DNA of 64,000 bases from Syntrophales bacterium (GCA_963662405.2 CAXXKT010000001.1:864001-928000); one strand, 5' to 3'. Numbered from the stretch's first letter, positions 9,075 through 18,356 are shown. A program made the numbers and translations. Notes: a model not told the origin generated them from the sequence alone.

Positions 9075-10415
9075 ATGCTTGAACAAAGCGTCGTCCTTAC
9101 AGGAACATACGGTATGATTGATTGGTGGTTTGTCTGGAAAATTTTCAAGGGATTGCTGGCCGTAAGCGCGTTGCTCTTTTCCACTGCCGGTGTGTTTGCC
9201 CTCTGGCGGGTGCGCGGAATTCTGCACTGGCAAGGGTCCCTCCGCGACGAGCTCAAAGGCTTGCAAGAGGCGGCCGACGAGTCGCATGGGGCCCGTCGCC
9301 GGGCACTTGAGGTGGTGGTGGAAAACGGTAACCGGATCTGGCGGTCAAATTCCCTCGATCCCGGGGAAATGCTGCGTCTGAGCGCCTATATCCGTTCGAT
9401 TGCCGCCTGCTATCACCCGGACGCGGCAAGGCCCGAGTTGCGCGTCAGCACCGGGAGTTTTCTAGATGCCGCCGGGGTATTTGCCGATCGTCTGGAGCTG
9501 ATTCTGAAGCGGCCGGGGTTTGAACGGCTGCAAAAGGTGCGTATCCGCCATATCCGTCAGTCCTATGAACGGTATCAGCGGGTGAGCCGATACCGGATTG
9601 TCAAGGGTCTTTACCGATACCGTACCGCATTGCGCAGGGTATCTCGATTGCGCCTGATCATCCTGCCCGACCCCTTTTCCCTGCTCGCCTATTTTTCCAA
9701 TCGCCTGATGATGCTGGTTCTCACCCGTTGTTTATTGCTGGATGTGTATCTGTTCACGGGCAAGATGGCTGTCGACACTTACAGTGAAGCCGCCGGGGAG
9801 GACAGGGTTTTTAATCCGGTCGACGCGGTGGAAAAGGCGCTCGAAGCGCTGGGTGACATCAAACCTTCGGAACCGTATCAACGAGACCCGCGGATTCGGG
9901 AGATACGCAATCGGCTGGTGGGGATCAATAACTTTCTCTTTTCCACCTCCGGGTTTCGGGACTGGAAAGCAGCCGTGCGGGAGAGCGCCGAGGTGATTGC
10001 CGCTCACTATTTCCCGGCTGCCGAGCGCCCGCTGGAGGAGGCCGCCATGGGCCCCCTCCTGTATTGCTGTCAGGACTGGATCAGGACGATTTCCGAAACC
10101 AGAAAAATTCCCATCGTGAAACAGCTCCATCGGGTACGGCTGGAATCACTGTATAATATAAAATCCATCACCGAATTCGCGCTTTCGAGCCAGGCGCTCG
10201 TGTTCGCCAAAAGGACCCTGGATGTGTATCGCTGGATGAAATGGCCGCTCAGGATTTACCGCTGGGTGAAAAGGACGTCGCCGTTGAAAATCGCCATTGA
10301 TACGGGCTGGATACTGACAAGAAAAGGGTTCGTGAATGTCGCGTTACGCTACACCTTTGACACCGCCTGCAGGGAACTGGACGCGGTGTATCGCCAATCC
10401 CGGACAGAGCGATGA
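9075..10415 (+). CDS. Hypothetical membrane-anchored protein with internal domain duplication
   Basis: Long ORF; N-terminal TM segment; IAACYHPDAARP...LQKVRI repeated as IAAHYFPAAERP...LHRVRL. Start uncertain (9075 or 9114). Confidence 0.7.
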   Translation: MLEQSVVLTGTYGMIDWWFVWKIFKGLLAVSALLFSTAGVFALWRVRGILHWQGSLRDELKGLQEAADESHGARRRALEVVVENGNRIWRSNSLDPGEMLRLSAYIRSIAACYHPDAARPELRVSTGSFLDAAGVFADRLELILKRPGFERLQKVRIRHIRQSYERYQRVSRYRIVKGLYRYRTALRRVSRLRLIILPDPFSLLAYFSNRLMMLVLTRCLLLDVYLFTGKMAVDTYSEAAGEDRVFNPVDAVEKALEALGDIKPSEPYQRDPRIREIRNRLVGINNFLFSTSGFRDWKAAVRESAEVIAAHYFPAAERPLEEAAMGPLLYCCQDWIRTISETRKIPIVKQLHRVRLESLYNIKSITEFALSSQALVFAKRTLDVYRWMKWPLRIYRWVKRTSPLKIAIDTGWILTRKGFVNVALRYTFDTACRELDAVYRQSRTER

Positions 10416-10581
10416 TTCCGTCACGTCTGTAACCGGTTGAACTCCCCTTCCATACAGCAATGTCATGCGGGTCAATACGAATTTTGCATTGCGCCCTCAT
10501 TGTGGTAAAATTCAGCATAATCTATTCGAAAAGCGGAGGGCATCGGGGGAGGATCGTGTAACTTCTTCAAGGAGGTTTGCC

Positions 10582-11094
10582 ATGACTGAAAAACAAGGAG
10601 ATGGAGAGGAGCAGAAAGAGGTCGGCCTGTACGAGAAATTGGCTTTACGGTCGAAGGAGCTTATTGAGGAAGCGCGAGAGAAAACAGCCGGGACGGCAGA
10701 GGCGGCCATTGAGAAGGCAAAGGCGGAGATGGTTGCTGCGGGTGAGTTCGGGAGTGAGCAGGGAGAGCGGTTCAAGAATTTTCTGATACGTGATCTCCAG
10801 ATCGCCAGGGATGCCGCTTTGAAAATGGGAGAAACGGCCCGGGAGATGATCGAGCCCCATCGGGTAACGGCAGGTATGCAGAGCTCACTGGCCAGGATTC
10901 TGGACATCGTCGGCAGCACGTTGGAGGAGTGGGGAAGCAAGCTTGAATCGGGGCTGGATTACAAAACGGGGGAGATAACAACCCCGGGAACCCTGACGTG
11001 CAAGGAATGCGGAAACAGCATAAAGATGAGCAATACCGGACGTATCCCGCCCTGCCATAAATGCAAGGGAACAAAATTCAGAAAATCGTACTAG
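10582..11094 (+). CDS. Zinc-ribbon-containing protein (DUF1451-like)
   Basis: YKTGEITTPGTLTCKECG...IPPCHKCKGTKF; SD AAGGAGG. Confidence 0.85.
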   Translation: MTEKQGDGEEQKEVGLYEKLALRSKELIEEAREKTAGTAEAAIEKAKAEMVAAGEFGSEQGERFKNFLIRDLQIARDAALKMGETAREMIEPHRVTAGMQSSLARILDIVGSTLEEWGSKLESGLDYKTGEITTPGTLTCKECGNSIKMSNTGRIPPCHKCKGTKFRKSY

Positions 11095-11203
11095 CGTACC
11101 GCGTCTGACACGGTGCTGCCTGTTGTGTGCGGTGGTGCGATAGGCGATGTTTCATGCCCCCCTCCCTTTCTTTGTTCCGGGAATTTCCGGTCCACCAGTG
11201 GGC

Positions 11204-12325
11204 TCATCTTCTTTTCCTCTTGAAGGCGAACATGGTATTCAGGAGGTCTCCCACCGCCCCGCATTCCAGGCCAAAGGGGAGATATCCCGCGTAGCCGAGG
11301 AGGGGCATCTCGAAGATCCGGAAGCGGTGGACGAAAGGGATACTGTATTCCCACTGTGGAATACTGTGGTAGTTCCACATCTCCCAGAAGAGGCCGCAGA
11401 TGAGGGCGGCGAAGGCCAGTGAGGCCGCACGGGACCAGTCTCCCCGCGCGAGGGGGGAGAAGATCTGCTCTCTCCTGGCGAGGGCCTGGAGGGTGACGAG
11501 GCACAGGAGGGGTGAGACCCAGATGAACGGGAAGAGGATGTCGGGGAAGAGTCCCAGGGCAAACAGGGAGGCCGCGACGAGGATCAGGACCGCTCCGGCC
11601 GTTGTCCGGGGTTGTGCCGGCCGGACGGGGGCAAAATTCCCGTACGCCTGTCTGATGAAAGGGAACGATCCGATCAGTTCCGCCGTGCTGAGGACGGCGG
11701 GGAGGACGGTGGAGAAGCAGGCCGTGGCGAACAAGACGTACTGCCAGGGGCCGAAGGAATCGATCCCGACGTAGTGCCAGTTGAGGACAAATCGGTTCAG
11801 GTATTCGAAGAACCACCAGAAGAGGGCGCTCGCGGGGAAGAGGGCCAGGAAGGAGACTGGCCGCTTCCGGACCAGGCAGCTTCCGGTCCTCCGGTATGTG
11901 AGGGCGTTGACGACGACGGCGTAACCGATCCAGAGGAAGGGGAAGGTATAGGGCTGACATGCCGCGAACCAGGGAAAGCGGTTCCACGCCAGTATCCAGG
12001 CCCCGGCGCAGAGTAGGGCGCCCGCGTATCCCCACAATGGAAATTTTCGGTAGCTTTTCTTTTCCCGCTCCCGGCCGGTGCTGATTGTTCGAATGGCACG
12101 CCGGATGAAGGGCAGGAGAGAGACGAGGATCAGGACCCCCAGGCCGATGAATACGCCCCATGAAAAGGGCGCGTGTTCCACGCCGCCCAGGCGGGGCGGA
12201 AAGGCCAGGTAGTACGCGAGGGGTTCGTCCCGCCAGATCATCGCCCCGACGATGGGCAGGACGACGATGATCCCGGCAAGGGCCAGGAAGATGAAACCGG
12301 ATCGGGACAGCCGGTGTTTTTCCAT
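11204..12325 (-). CDS. Conserved hypothetical multi-pass membrane protein
   Basis: Many TM segments; WWFFEYLN...NWHY and FWEMWNY...FEMPLLGYAGYLPF motifs; SD AAGGAGG. Confidence 0.75.
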   Translation of the reverse strand: MEKHRLSRSGFIFLALAGIIVVLPIVGAMIWRDEPLAYYLAFPPRLGGVEHAPFSWGVFIGLGVLILVSLLPFIRRAIRTISTGREREKKSYRKFPLWGYAGALLCAGAWILAWNRFPWFAACQPYTFPFLWIGYAVVVNALTYRRTGSCLVRKRPVSFLALFPASALFWWFFEYLNRFVLNWHYVGIDSFGPWQYVLFATACFSTVLPAVLSTAELIGSFPFIRQAYGNFAPVRPAQPRTTAGAVLILVAASLFALGLFPDILFPFIWVSPLLCLVTLQALARREQIFSPLARGDWSRAASLAFAALICGLFWEMWNYHSIPQWEYSIPFVHRFRIFEMPLLGYAGYLPFGLECGAVGDLLNTMFAFKRKRR

Positions 12326-12588
12326 GATGGTTCCCTCCTTCATTTCGCGCGGAAGGGCTTATGGGTACCTCCCCTCTTCCGTTAGCGCCGTTGCGTCCGC
12401 CTGTCAAGGGATATCAAGAGGGTCAAAAGAGAACATCACCAGCCTCTTGCCGATCAATTGAAGAGTGCCCGGATTCTCCCGTAAAATTTTTTTGAGGAAT
12501 GTGGTATATAATCTTGCCGCTTTAAATGATCACAAGGGGCTGGAGCCGGGAGGGACCACCTCCCGGTGGATACGGAAAGGAGATTGCA

Positions 12589-13392
12589 ATGGAAGGTTTT
12601 GGACGTCTGAATGGAAAGGTCGCTATTATTACCGGCGCTGCCAGCGGGATCGGAAAGGCAGCCGCTCTCCTCTTCGCACGGGAGGGCGCAAAACTCGCGC
12701 TGGCCGATGTCAGTGAGGAGGCGCTCAAGGAGGTCGCGCAACTCGTTGTCGACGCGGGGGGCACGGCCGTCATGAAGAAGACGGATGTCTCGAATGAGGA
12801 AGAGGTCAAGGAACTGATCGCCCTCGCCCTCAGCGCCTACGGGGAGGTGCACATCCTCTGCAATAACGCCGGAATCACCGGCGGCCATGAAGGAATTCTC
12901 CCGGAGGACCAGGACGGCGCCAACTGGCAGCGGGTCTTTTCCGTCAATGTCCTGGGGGCCGTGTACGCGATCAAACACATCGCCGCGCATATGAAGGAGC
13001 GGGGAAGCGGCGCCATCGTCAATACGGCCTCGGTCGCGGGAATCCGTGCCGGCGCCGGGACCAACGCCTACAGCGCCAGCAAGGCGGGGGTCATCAGCCT
13101 CACCCAGACGGCGGCCTGCGACCTCGGAAAGTACAATGTCCGTGTCAACGCCGTCTGTCCCGGTCTCATCGAAACGGGGATGACCAAACCGGTCTTCGAT
13201 TACGCCCGTGAGGCGGGGAAAGAAGAGAAGCTGGGGAGCCGCTGTGAGATGCAGCGGTACGGGAAACCGGAGGAGATCGCCGCGGCCATCCTCTTTCTTG
13301 CCAGCGATGACGCGAGCTATATTACCGGGCAGGCGCTCCCGGTGGACGGCGGAAATACCGCGTCGCTCAATCTACCGGGGATGAAATTTTAG
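12589..13392 (+). CDS. SDR family NAD(P)-dependent oxidoreductase
   Basis: TGAASGIG, NNAG, YSASK and VNAVCPG motifs. Confidence 0.93.
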   Translation: MEGFGRLNGKVAIITGAASGIGKAAALLFAREGAKLALADVSEEALKEVAQLVVDAGGTAVMKKTDVSNEEEVKELIALALSAYGEVHILCNNAGITGGHEGILPEDQDGANWQRVFSVNVLGAVYAIKHIAAHMKERGSGAIVNTASVAGIRAGAGTNAYSASKAGVISLTQTAACDLGKYNVRVNAVCPGLIETGMTKPVFDYAREAGKEEKLGSRCEMQRYGKPEEIAAAILFLASDDASYITGQALPVDGGNTASLNLPGMKF

Positions 13393-13498
13393 GCATTCAT
13401 GAGGGAGACGGCCCATGAGAATAGGGGCGTGTCCCTCATCGCTCCGGCAATGAGGTTTCCCCATGAAGGACACCGGCCTATACAACAGGGGTACAACA

Positions 13499-14065
13499 AT
13501 GGAACGGTGCGCCTGGGTGACCAGCGATCCGTTGTATATCCGGTACCATGATCGCGAATGGGGGGTGCCGGTCCATGATGACCGAAAACTCTTCGAGTTC
13601 CTCCTCCTTGAAGGGGCCCAGGCCGGCCTTTCCTGGATCACCATATTAAAAAGGAGAGAAGGGTATCGAAAGGCATTTGCCGGGTTTGATCCGGAAAGGG
13701 TGGCAGGATTTACCCAAAAGGAAATCGACCAACGTCTGAAAGATCCGGGTATCATCCGGAACAGGCTCAAGATCAACGCGGCGGTCACCAATGCCCGGGC
13801 ATTCTTGAAGATACAGGCGGAATTCGGATCGTTTGACGCCTATGCCTGGCGGTTTGTCGACGGGAAACAAAAAGTGAACGCCCATGCCCGAGCGGATACA
13901 ATCCCCGCCACGTCGACGGAATCGGATGCCTTTTCAAGAGACCTGAAACAGCGGGGCTTTAAATTTACCGGATCGACGATTATCTACGCCCACATGCAGG
14001 CCACGGGCATGGTCAACGATCATCTGGTCTCCTGCTTCCGGTACCACGAAGTGATGGAGGTCTGA
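13499..14065 (+). CDS. tag: DNA-3-methyladenine glycosylase I
   Basis: RCAW...YHDREWG...LEGAQAGLSW...GIIRNRLKI...GMVNDHLVSC. Confidence 0.95.
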   Translation: MERCAWVTSDPLYIRYHDREWGVPVHDDRKLFEFLLLEGAQAGLSWITILKRREGYRKAFAGFDPERVAGFTQKEIDQRLKDPGIIRNRLKINAAVTNARAFLKIQAEFGSFDAYAWRFVDGKQKVNAHARADTIPATSTESDAFSRDLKQRGFKFTGSTIIYAHMQATGMVNDHLVSCFRYHEVMEV

Positions 14066-14082
14066 GCCCCTTTTTCGTTGTG

Positions 14083-14105
14083 GCAAAAAGCAAGACCTGA
14101 CCCCA
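14083..14105 (+). repeat. 23-bp REP-like element, left copy of an inverted pair
   Basis: GCAAAAAGCAAGACCTGACCCCA is the exact reverse complement of 18148-18170. Confidence 0.85.
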
Positions 14106-14236
14106 TGGATTTCCCCATGGATTTACAGAAATTCTCATTCTCCATTCCCCTAAAAAACTAGGGACATCCATGATTTCCTGATTTATTCGATTTTTCCCAT
14201 ACGTAATGGTTTGGCGTATCGGTGTGTCCGTGTAAA

Positions 14237-14268
14237 AAAGGTCAGGATCTATTACGATCCTGACCTTT
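14237..14268 (-). terminator. Intrinsic terminator of the IPTL-CTERM gene
   Basis: AAAGGTCAGGATC tattac GATCCTGACCTTT, with T tract on the minus strand. Confidence 0.8.
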
Positions 14269-14297
14269 CTGCCTTCAAGTCGTTTATTTCATGATTG

Positions 14298-14936
14298 CTA
14301 TGCAGTGGTGTGTTTTCTCCTCATAGATACAATCGCAGTTCCAGCCACCAGCAGGGCAAAAAGGATCATGCCCCATTCAGAGAGGGTGGGAATGTTAATC
14401 AGATCCTCGATCACTACGTCATCTACCAACCAAAACCAATCCCAGTCTGGTGCAACATAGTGGAATCTGATCAGTACGCTGGCTTGCCCAATGTAGGCGG
14501 AAAGATTAATACTTACCTGATTCGGCCCGACATCAACTCCATCGTAGTGCAGCAGCGTCGTCCAATTGGTCCCCCCATCTAAGCTGATATCCACATATGC
14601 ATCGTCATAATCGCTTAACGATTCAAAATAATTCTGGAAACGCAAAAAGGGATGCGTCGTCCCTACCAGGCTGAAAGCGGGGGTGAGGAGCGAAGCATCC
14701 ATTGCATCGTAATAGTCCGAGTCCGCATCCGCCGCATAGCCGGATCCGTTCGTATAGTTCGTCTGCCCGGTGGTTGCCGTACTCTCCCAATTGTATGTGC
14801 CGCTGTGTATCACACGGGACCAACCTGTGGGCGGGAAACTCCCCTCAAAATCTTCCTGAAGTATCACTGCGGCGGCGGCGGGGTTGAACCAGAAAAGCTG
14901 AAGAATCAAGACAAGCGCAAAAACTTTCGTTTTCAT
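14298..14936 (-). CDS. Secreted beta-sandwich (MAM/adhesin-like) protein with IPTL-CTERM sorting signal
   Basis: Signal peptide; EDFEGSFPPTGW...LVDDV; C-terminal IPTLSEWGMILFALL...RRK. Confidence 0.9.
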   Translation of the reverse strand: MKTKVFALVLILQLFWFNPAAAAVILQEDFEGSFPPTGWSRVIHSGTYNWESTATTGQTNYTNGSGYAADADSDYYDAMDASLLTPAFSLVGTTHPFLRFQNYFESLSDYDDAYVDISLDGGTNWTTLLHYDGVDVGPNQVSINLSAYIGQASVLIRFHYVAPDWDWFWLVDDVVIEDLINIPTLSEWGMILFALLVAGTAIVSMRRKHTTA

Positions 14937-15217
14937 TAGCGTCCCCCCTTTTAAGCGTTGGGATTTATGCTAAAAAACTCGTTATGCTTGCTGCTTTTCC
15001 TAAAGACAATCATTTGATGATTTCGGGCTACTAAAAAACTCCTTTGGGGTCAAGAAAAAACCACAAAAATTCTCCACAGAAACTTTTTGGTTTCATCTGG
15101 TAGTTGCCATATTTGATCGATTAGTCACTCTCCAGCTTTGTAGGTGTCGTGAATTGCCAAAGGTATGGTATCCGGTCTCAACCTTTCTATCGATTCAGAT
15201 TGTTCAATGTCGAGACC

Positions 15218-15382
15218 TGCCCCTGTTTGTCTACTGAGACAGGAGAGCGTTTTGTATGACGCTGTAGCCCTTTTCTGCCATCCTTTCCTCGATATCTTTG
15301 ATATGCTCCTTCCCCTTCGTCTCTAGGATGGAGGATACGTTGATCTCGCCGATGGGCGATCCGCCGGAATAATGATGGTAAA
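15218..15382 (-). pseudogene. ilvA: Diverged copy of the ilvA 3' end
   Basis: Aligns with about 19646-19811, with substitutions and a small indel. Confidence 0.9.
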
Positions 15383-15569
15383 CGCCCATGCCCGCGCGGA
15401 CAAGATCCCCGCAACCACAAAGGAATCGGATGCCTTTTCAAAGGACCTGAAACAGCGGGGCTTTAAATTTACCGGACCGACCATTATCTACGCCCACATG
15501 CAGGCCACATGCATGGTCAACGATCATCTGCTCTCCTGCTTTCGTTACCACGAAGTGATGGAGGGGTAA
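15378..15569 (+). pseudogene. tag: Copy of the tag 3' end
   Basis: 192 bp colinear with 13874-14065 (VNAHARAD...FRYHEVME). Confidence 0.9.
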
Positions 15570-15623
15570 CGTCCGTTCCTCATAGCTGCTTCCTCCTACC
15601 ATGAATTTATATAGAGTGGTGTA

Positions 15624-15785
15624 TAATCGATTAGTCGATGTTCATGGGAAGGCGGGAGGACTCAGTGCTTCCTGGGCGTTAGAGCCCTCATTTCAGTATG
15701 TCCCAAGCCTCTGTGAACCATAATAGGTTGGTTGGATCATTGAATCCTTGTCACGCTGGAGGATTGGTCTGGAGGCTATGGTTCC
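15624..15785 (+). ncRNA. IS110 bridge RNA (5' hairpin, target-binding loop, donor-binding loop)
   Basis: Hairpin ATCGA/TCGAT 15626-15639; stem-loop 15640-15718 with internal loop carrying TGCTTCCT and TTTCAG; stem-loop 15718-15781 with GGTTGGTT and GGAG. Confidence 0.8.
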
Positions 15786-15818
15786 TGCTTTTCCTTTCAT
15801 TCGTTAGGAGGTGAAGCG

Positions 15819-17021
15819 ATGTCAGGATTAACGGACAGCTTTAATGATTTTGTTGGAATAGATGTTTCCAAAGATAAATTCGACGCCTGCGGAATCACAA
15901 GAGATGCAGCACAGCTCTTCCAGTTTTCCGCGAGCATGGATCGTAAGGGCTTCGATAAGTTGAGGGAACATCTTGCTTCTGTTTCCATTTCGTCCGTTTT
16001 AATCGGGATGGAATCAACAGCATCTTATCATATCAATCTTTTCTCGTACTTGATTTCAGAGGGTTACCGAGTGATCATCATTAATCCTCTGCTGATTTCC
16101 AATTACGTGAAGATGCAGCTCCGGAAAACCAAGACAGATAAGAAGGATGCCGCTGTTATTGCCATGTTTCTTCTTGCACACAGAAATACCCTGAGCCAAC
16201 GATCATATTCTCCTTTGATTTCCGAGCTTCGGGATCTTTCACGTCAGCGGGAGAATCTGGTTGATGAGATGACCGCTCTGAAGATCAACATCAAACGGCT
16301 CCTGAATATCACTTTTCCGGAATTGGAGCATATGACGTTGGTCTTTACGAAGTCTATGCTGAAGCTTCTCCAGCAATACCCATCTGCTGTTGCTCTGAGA
16401 AGTGCGGATCCTATTCAATTGTCCCAGACGCTCATTGCAGATTCCTATGGGCACAAAAGAGAAGCATTTACCGCGGAGTTAATGAAGGCAGCTAGAGCGT
16501 CGGTCGGTACCCACAGTGCTGCGAAGGAAGTCATTCTTAAACAACAGGTGACCTTGCTCCTTCACTTTGAAGAGGACCTGCAAGAGATAACCGGCATATT
16601 AATTGAGATGAGCCGAAATCTGATGGAAGAAGACATAAACATTCTGACTTCCATAAAGGGCATTGGTAACAAAACTGCTGTTAATTTTCTCATTGAGATG
16701 GGGGGCGACATCAATCAGTATGATGATTCCGGGAAGATCATTGCCATGGCGGGCTTAGATCCGGCTGTTTACCAGTCAGGCAAACATGAAGGTAAAGGCA
16801 AGATCACGAAACGAGGGAACCGCCATTTACGGAGAGTCATCTGGATGATGGCAACCAGGGTGATCAACTATAGCGATGTTTTCAAGACTTACTACCTCAA
16901 ACGTAGAAAGGAGGGATTGCCGTATAAGATGGCAGTATTGGCCACCGCTCACAAATTGATCCGTGTCATCTATGCCATGCTGACGCAACGGACAACTTTC
17001 TGCCCACAGATAAATTCATGA
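15819..17021 (+). CDS. IS110 family transposase/recombinase
   Basis: DEDD RuvC-like motifs GIDVSK, MESTASY, KTDKKDA; AGLDPAVYQSGK with the catalytic Ser; KRGNRHLR. Confidence 0.95.
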   Translation: MSGLTDSFNDFVGIDVSKDKFDACGITRDAAQLFQFSASMDRKGFDKLREHLASVSISSVLIGMESTASYHINLFSYLISEGYRVIIINPLLISNYVKMQLRKTKTDKKDAAVIAMFLLAHRNTLSQRSYSPLISELRDLSRQRENLVDEMTALKINIKRLLNITFPELEHMTLVFTKSMLKLLQQYPSAVALRSADPIQLSQTLIADSYGHKREAFTAELMKAARASVGTHSAAKEVILKQQVTLLLHFEEDLQEITGILIEMSRNLMEEDINILTSIKGIGNKTAVNFLIEMGGDINQYDDSGKIIAMAGLDPAVYQSGKHEGKGKITKRGNRHLRRVIWMMATRVINYSDVFKTYYLKRRKEGLPYKMAVLATAHKLIRVIYAMLTQRTTFCPQINS

Positions 17022-17294
17022 TAGTTGACTGAAAGGGAATGTTTCGTAATTTTCGAGGGAATGCCTTCTACAAACAGTATTCATGCTTGGCTGCTGCAAT
17101 TTTTCCCATGTTTCACCAACTTGGTTTTTGGTCTTTTGTACCACAAAGGACCCAATGGTCGAAGTTCAATTATGCTCGATACCATGGTGGAACTTTCTCT
17201 TTTCATTTTTCACTCATTGCAGTAGGATTACACAAAAGTGCGGGGAATAGCCATCCAATATACTAATTGTTAGAAGGCATAAAAGGGAAACAGC

Positions 17295-17639
17295 ATGGAT
17301 AGATCAGAAGCAAAGAAGAATTACAAGCAGTCCAGTCGCCCCATGGGGGTATATAGAATAAGCAATACGCAAAATGGTAAAGCATACATCGGTTTCAGTC
17401 TGGATTTGCAGGCCAAGATTAATAGGCACAAAGCAGAGCTGAAATTTGGAAGCCATAGAAACTCAGAGTTGCTTAATGAATGGAAAACGTTTGGAGAATC
17501 GTCGTTTGAGTTTGAGGTTTTGGATGAACTTGATCTTGATGAAAAATCAAAGGCAGACCCTATTGAAGAATTGAATATCCTCAAGGATATGTGGATTAGC
17601 AAACTCGAGGAAGCTGGAAATGCGGTCGTTTCCATCTAA
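17295..17639 (+). CDS. GIY-YIG nuclease family protein in an integron-type gene cassette
   Basis: GVYRISN..NGKAYIG...RH...FEFEVLDE; preceded by GTTAGAA (17269); stop codon lies inside ATCTAAC (17634-17640). Confidence 0.85.
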   Translation: MDRSEAKKNYKQSSRPMGVYRISNTQNGKAYIGFSLDLQAKINRHKAELKFGSHRNSELLNEWKTFGESSFEFEVLDELDLDEKSKADPIEELNILKDMWISKLEEAGNAVVSI

Positions 17640-17731
17640 CATGCGGCGGATGACCTGCCCCAAGGGGGACAAGTCCATCCGCTGGTTCGGGAGGCGCTAC
17701 GCGCCGACCGAAACAGCTCAGGGCAGCGTCC

Positions 17732-17790
17732 GCTGAACAAGGCTTTTGCAGCGGAGCACAATAGGCGCCCGCTGAAAAGCGGCATTCTAC
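17732..17790 (+). other. Degenerate attC recombination site
   Basis: GCTGAAC ... GCTTTT(G)CAGCGG / CCGCTGAAAAGC with one unpaired G ... ATTCTAC (decayed GTTRRRY). Confidence 0.6.
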
Positions 17791-17921
17791 TACACTTCCA
17801 ACGGTAATTCTCAGTATTCCCCTTTGATCGAAATCATTTGTTAGTAGGTGTCGTGAATTGCCAGAGCTATGGTATCCGGTCTCAACATTTCTATCGATTC
17901 AGGCTGTTAAATGTCGAGACC

Positions 17922-18139
17922 TGCCCCTCTTTGTCTACTGAGACAGGAGGGAGCTTCGTATGACGCTGTAACCCTTCTCTGCCATCCTTTCTTCGATGTC
18001 TTTGATATGCTCCCTCCCCTTCGTCTCCAAGATGAAGGACGCGTTGATCTCGCCGATGGGCGATCCGCCGGAATGATGATGGTGAAAGACTTCCAGGAGA
18101 TTGGCGCCTGTCTCGTGAAATACATGCAGTACGGCCTCG
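17922..18139 (-). pseudogene. ilvA: Near-identical copy of the ilvA 3' end (ACT domain part and stop codon)
   Basis: 218 bp colinear with 19646-19863; about 6 mismatches counted by eye. Confidence 0.93.
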
Positions 18140-18147
18140 TGGTATAT

Positions 18148-18170
18148 TGGGGTCAGGTCTTGCTTTTTGC
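18148..18170 (-). repeat. 23-bp REP-like element, right copy of the inverted pair
   Basis: TGGGGTCAGGTCTTGCTTTTTGC is the reverse complement of 14083-14105. Confidence 0.85.
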
Positions 18171-18194
18171 TATTTCAATTAAAACGACCCTTAA

Positions 18195-18356
18195 AATACA
18201 AAGCCCCGCCTCTCATTGTGAGAAACAGGGCTGTATGGCGATCAGATCATAATCCCCTCGGGTACAGAGGTTCAAAGGCACATGATGAGTTCACGATCGC
18301 ATAGAGTACATTAAACCACTAACGCCATGAGGGTATCTTGTCAAGGGACATTACGG
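18195..18356 (-). ncRNA. Repeat family copy B (promoter + putative sRNA with SD-ATG-ATC-TGA + terminator)
   Basis: See copy A; hairpin AGCCCTGTTTCTCA caa TGAGAGGCGGGGCT followed by TTGTATTTT. Confidence 0.55.

Larger units (their letters stand above)
15593..17030 (+). mobile_element. IS110-family insertion sequence bounded by duplicated CT cores (15593-15594 and 17029-17030)
   Basis: IS110 recombinase, long non-coding left end, very short right end; boundaries deduced from bridge-RNA guide matches. Confidence 0.88.

Noticed and set aside
17031..17266. Short ORFs or a possible transposon end right of the IS110
   Set aside because: No frame gives a recognisable protein even after removing the IS, and no partner inverted repeat was found for ACACAAAAGTGCGGGGAATAG.
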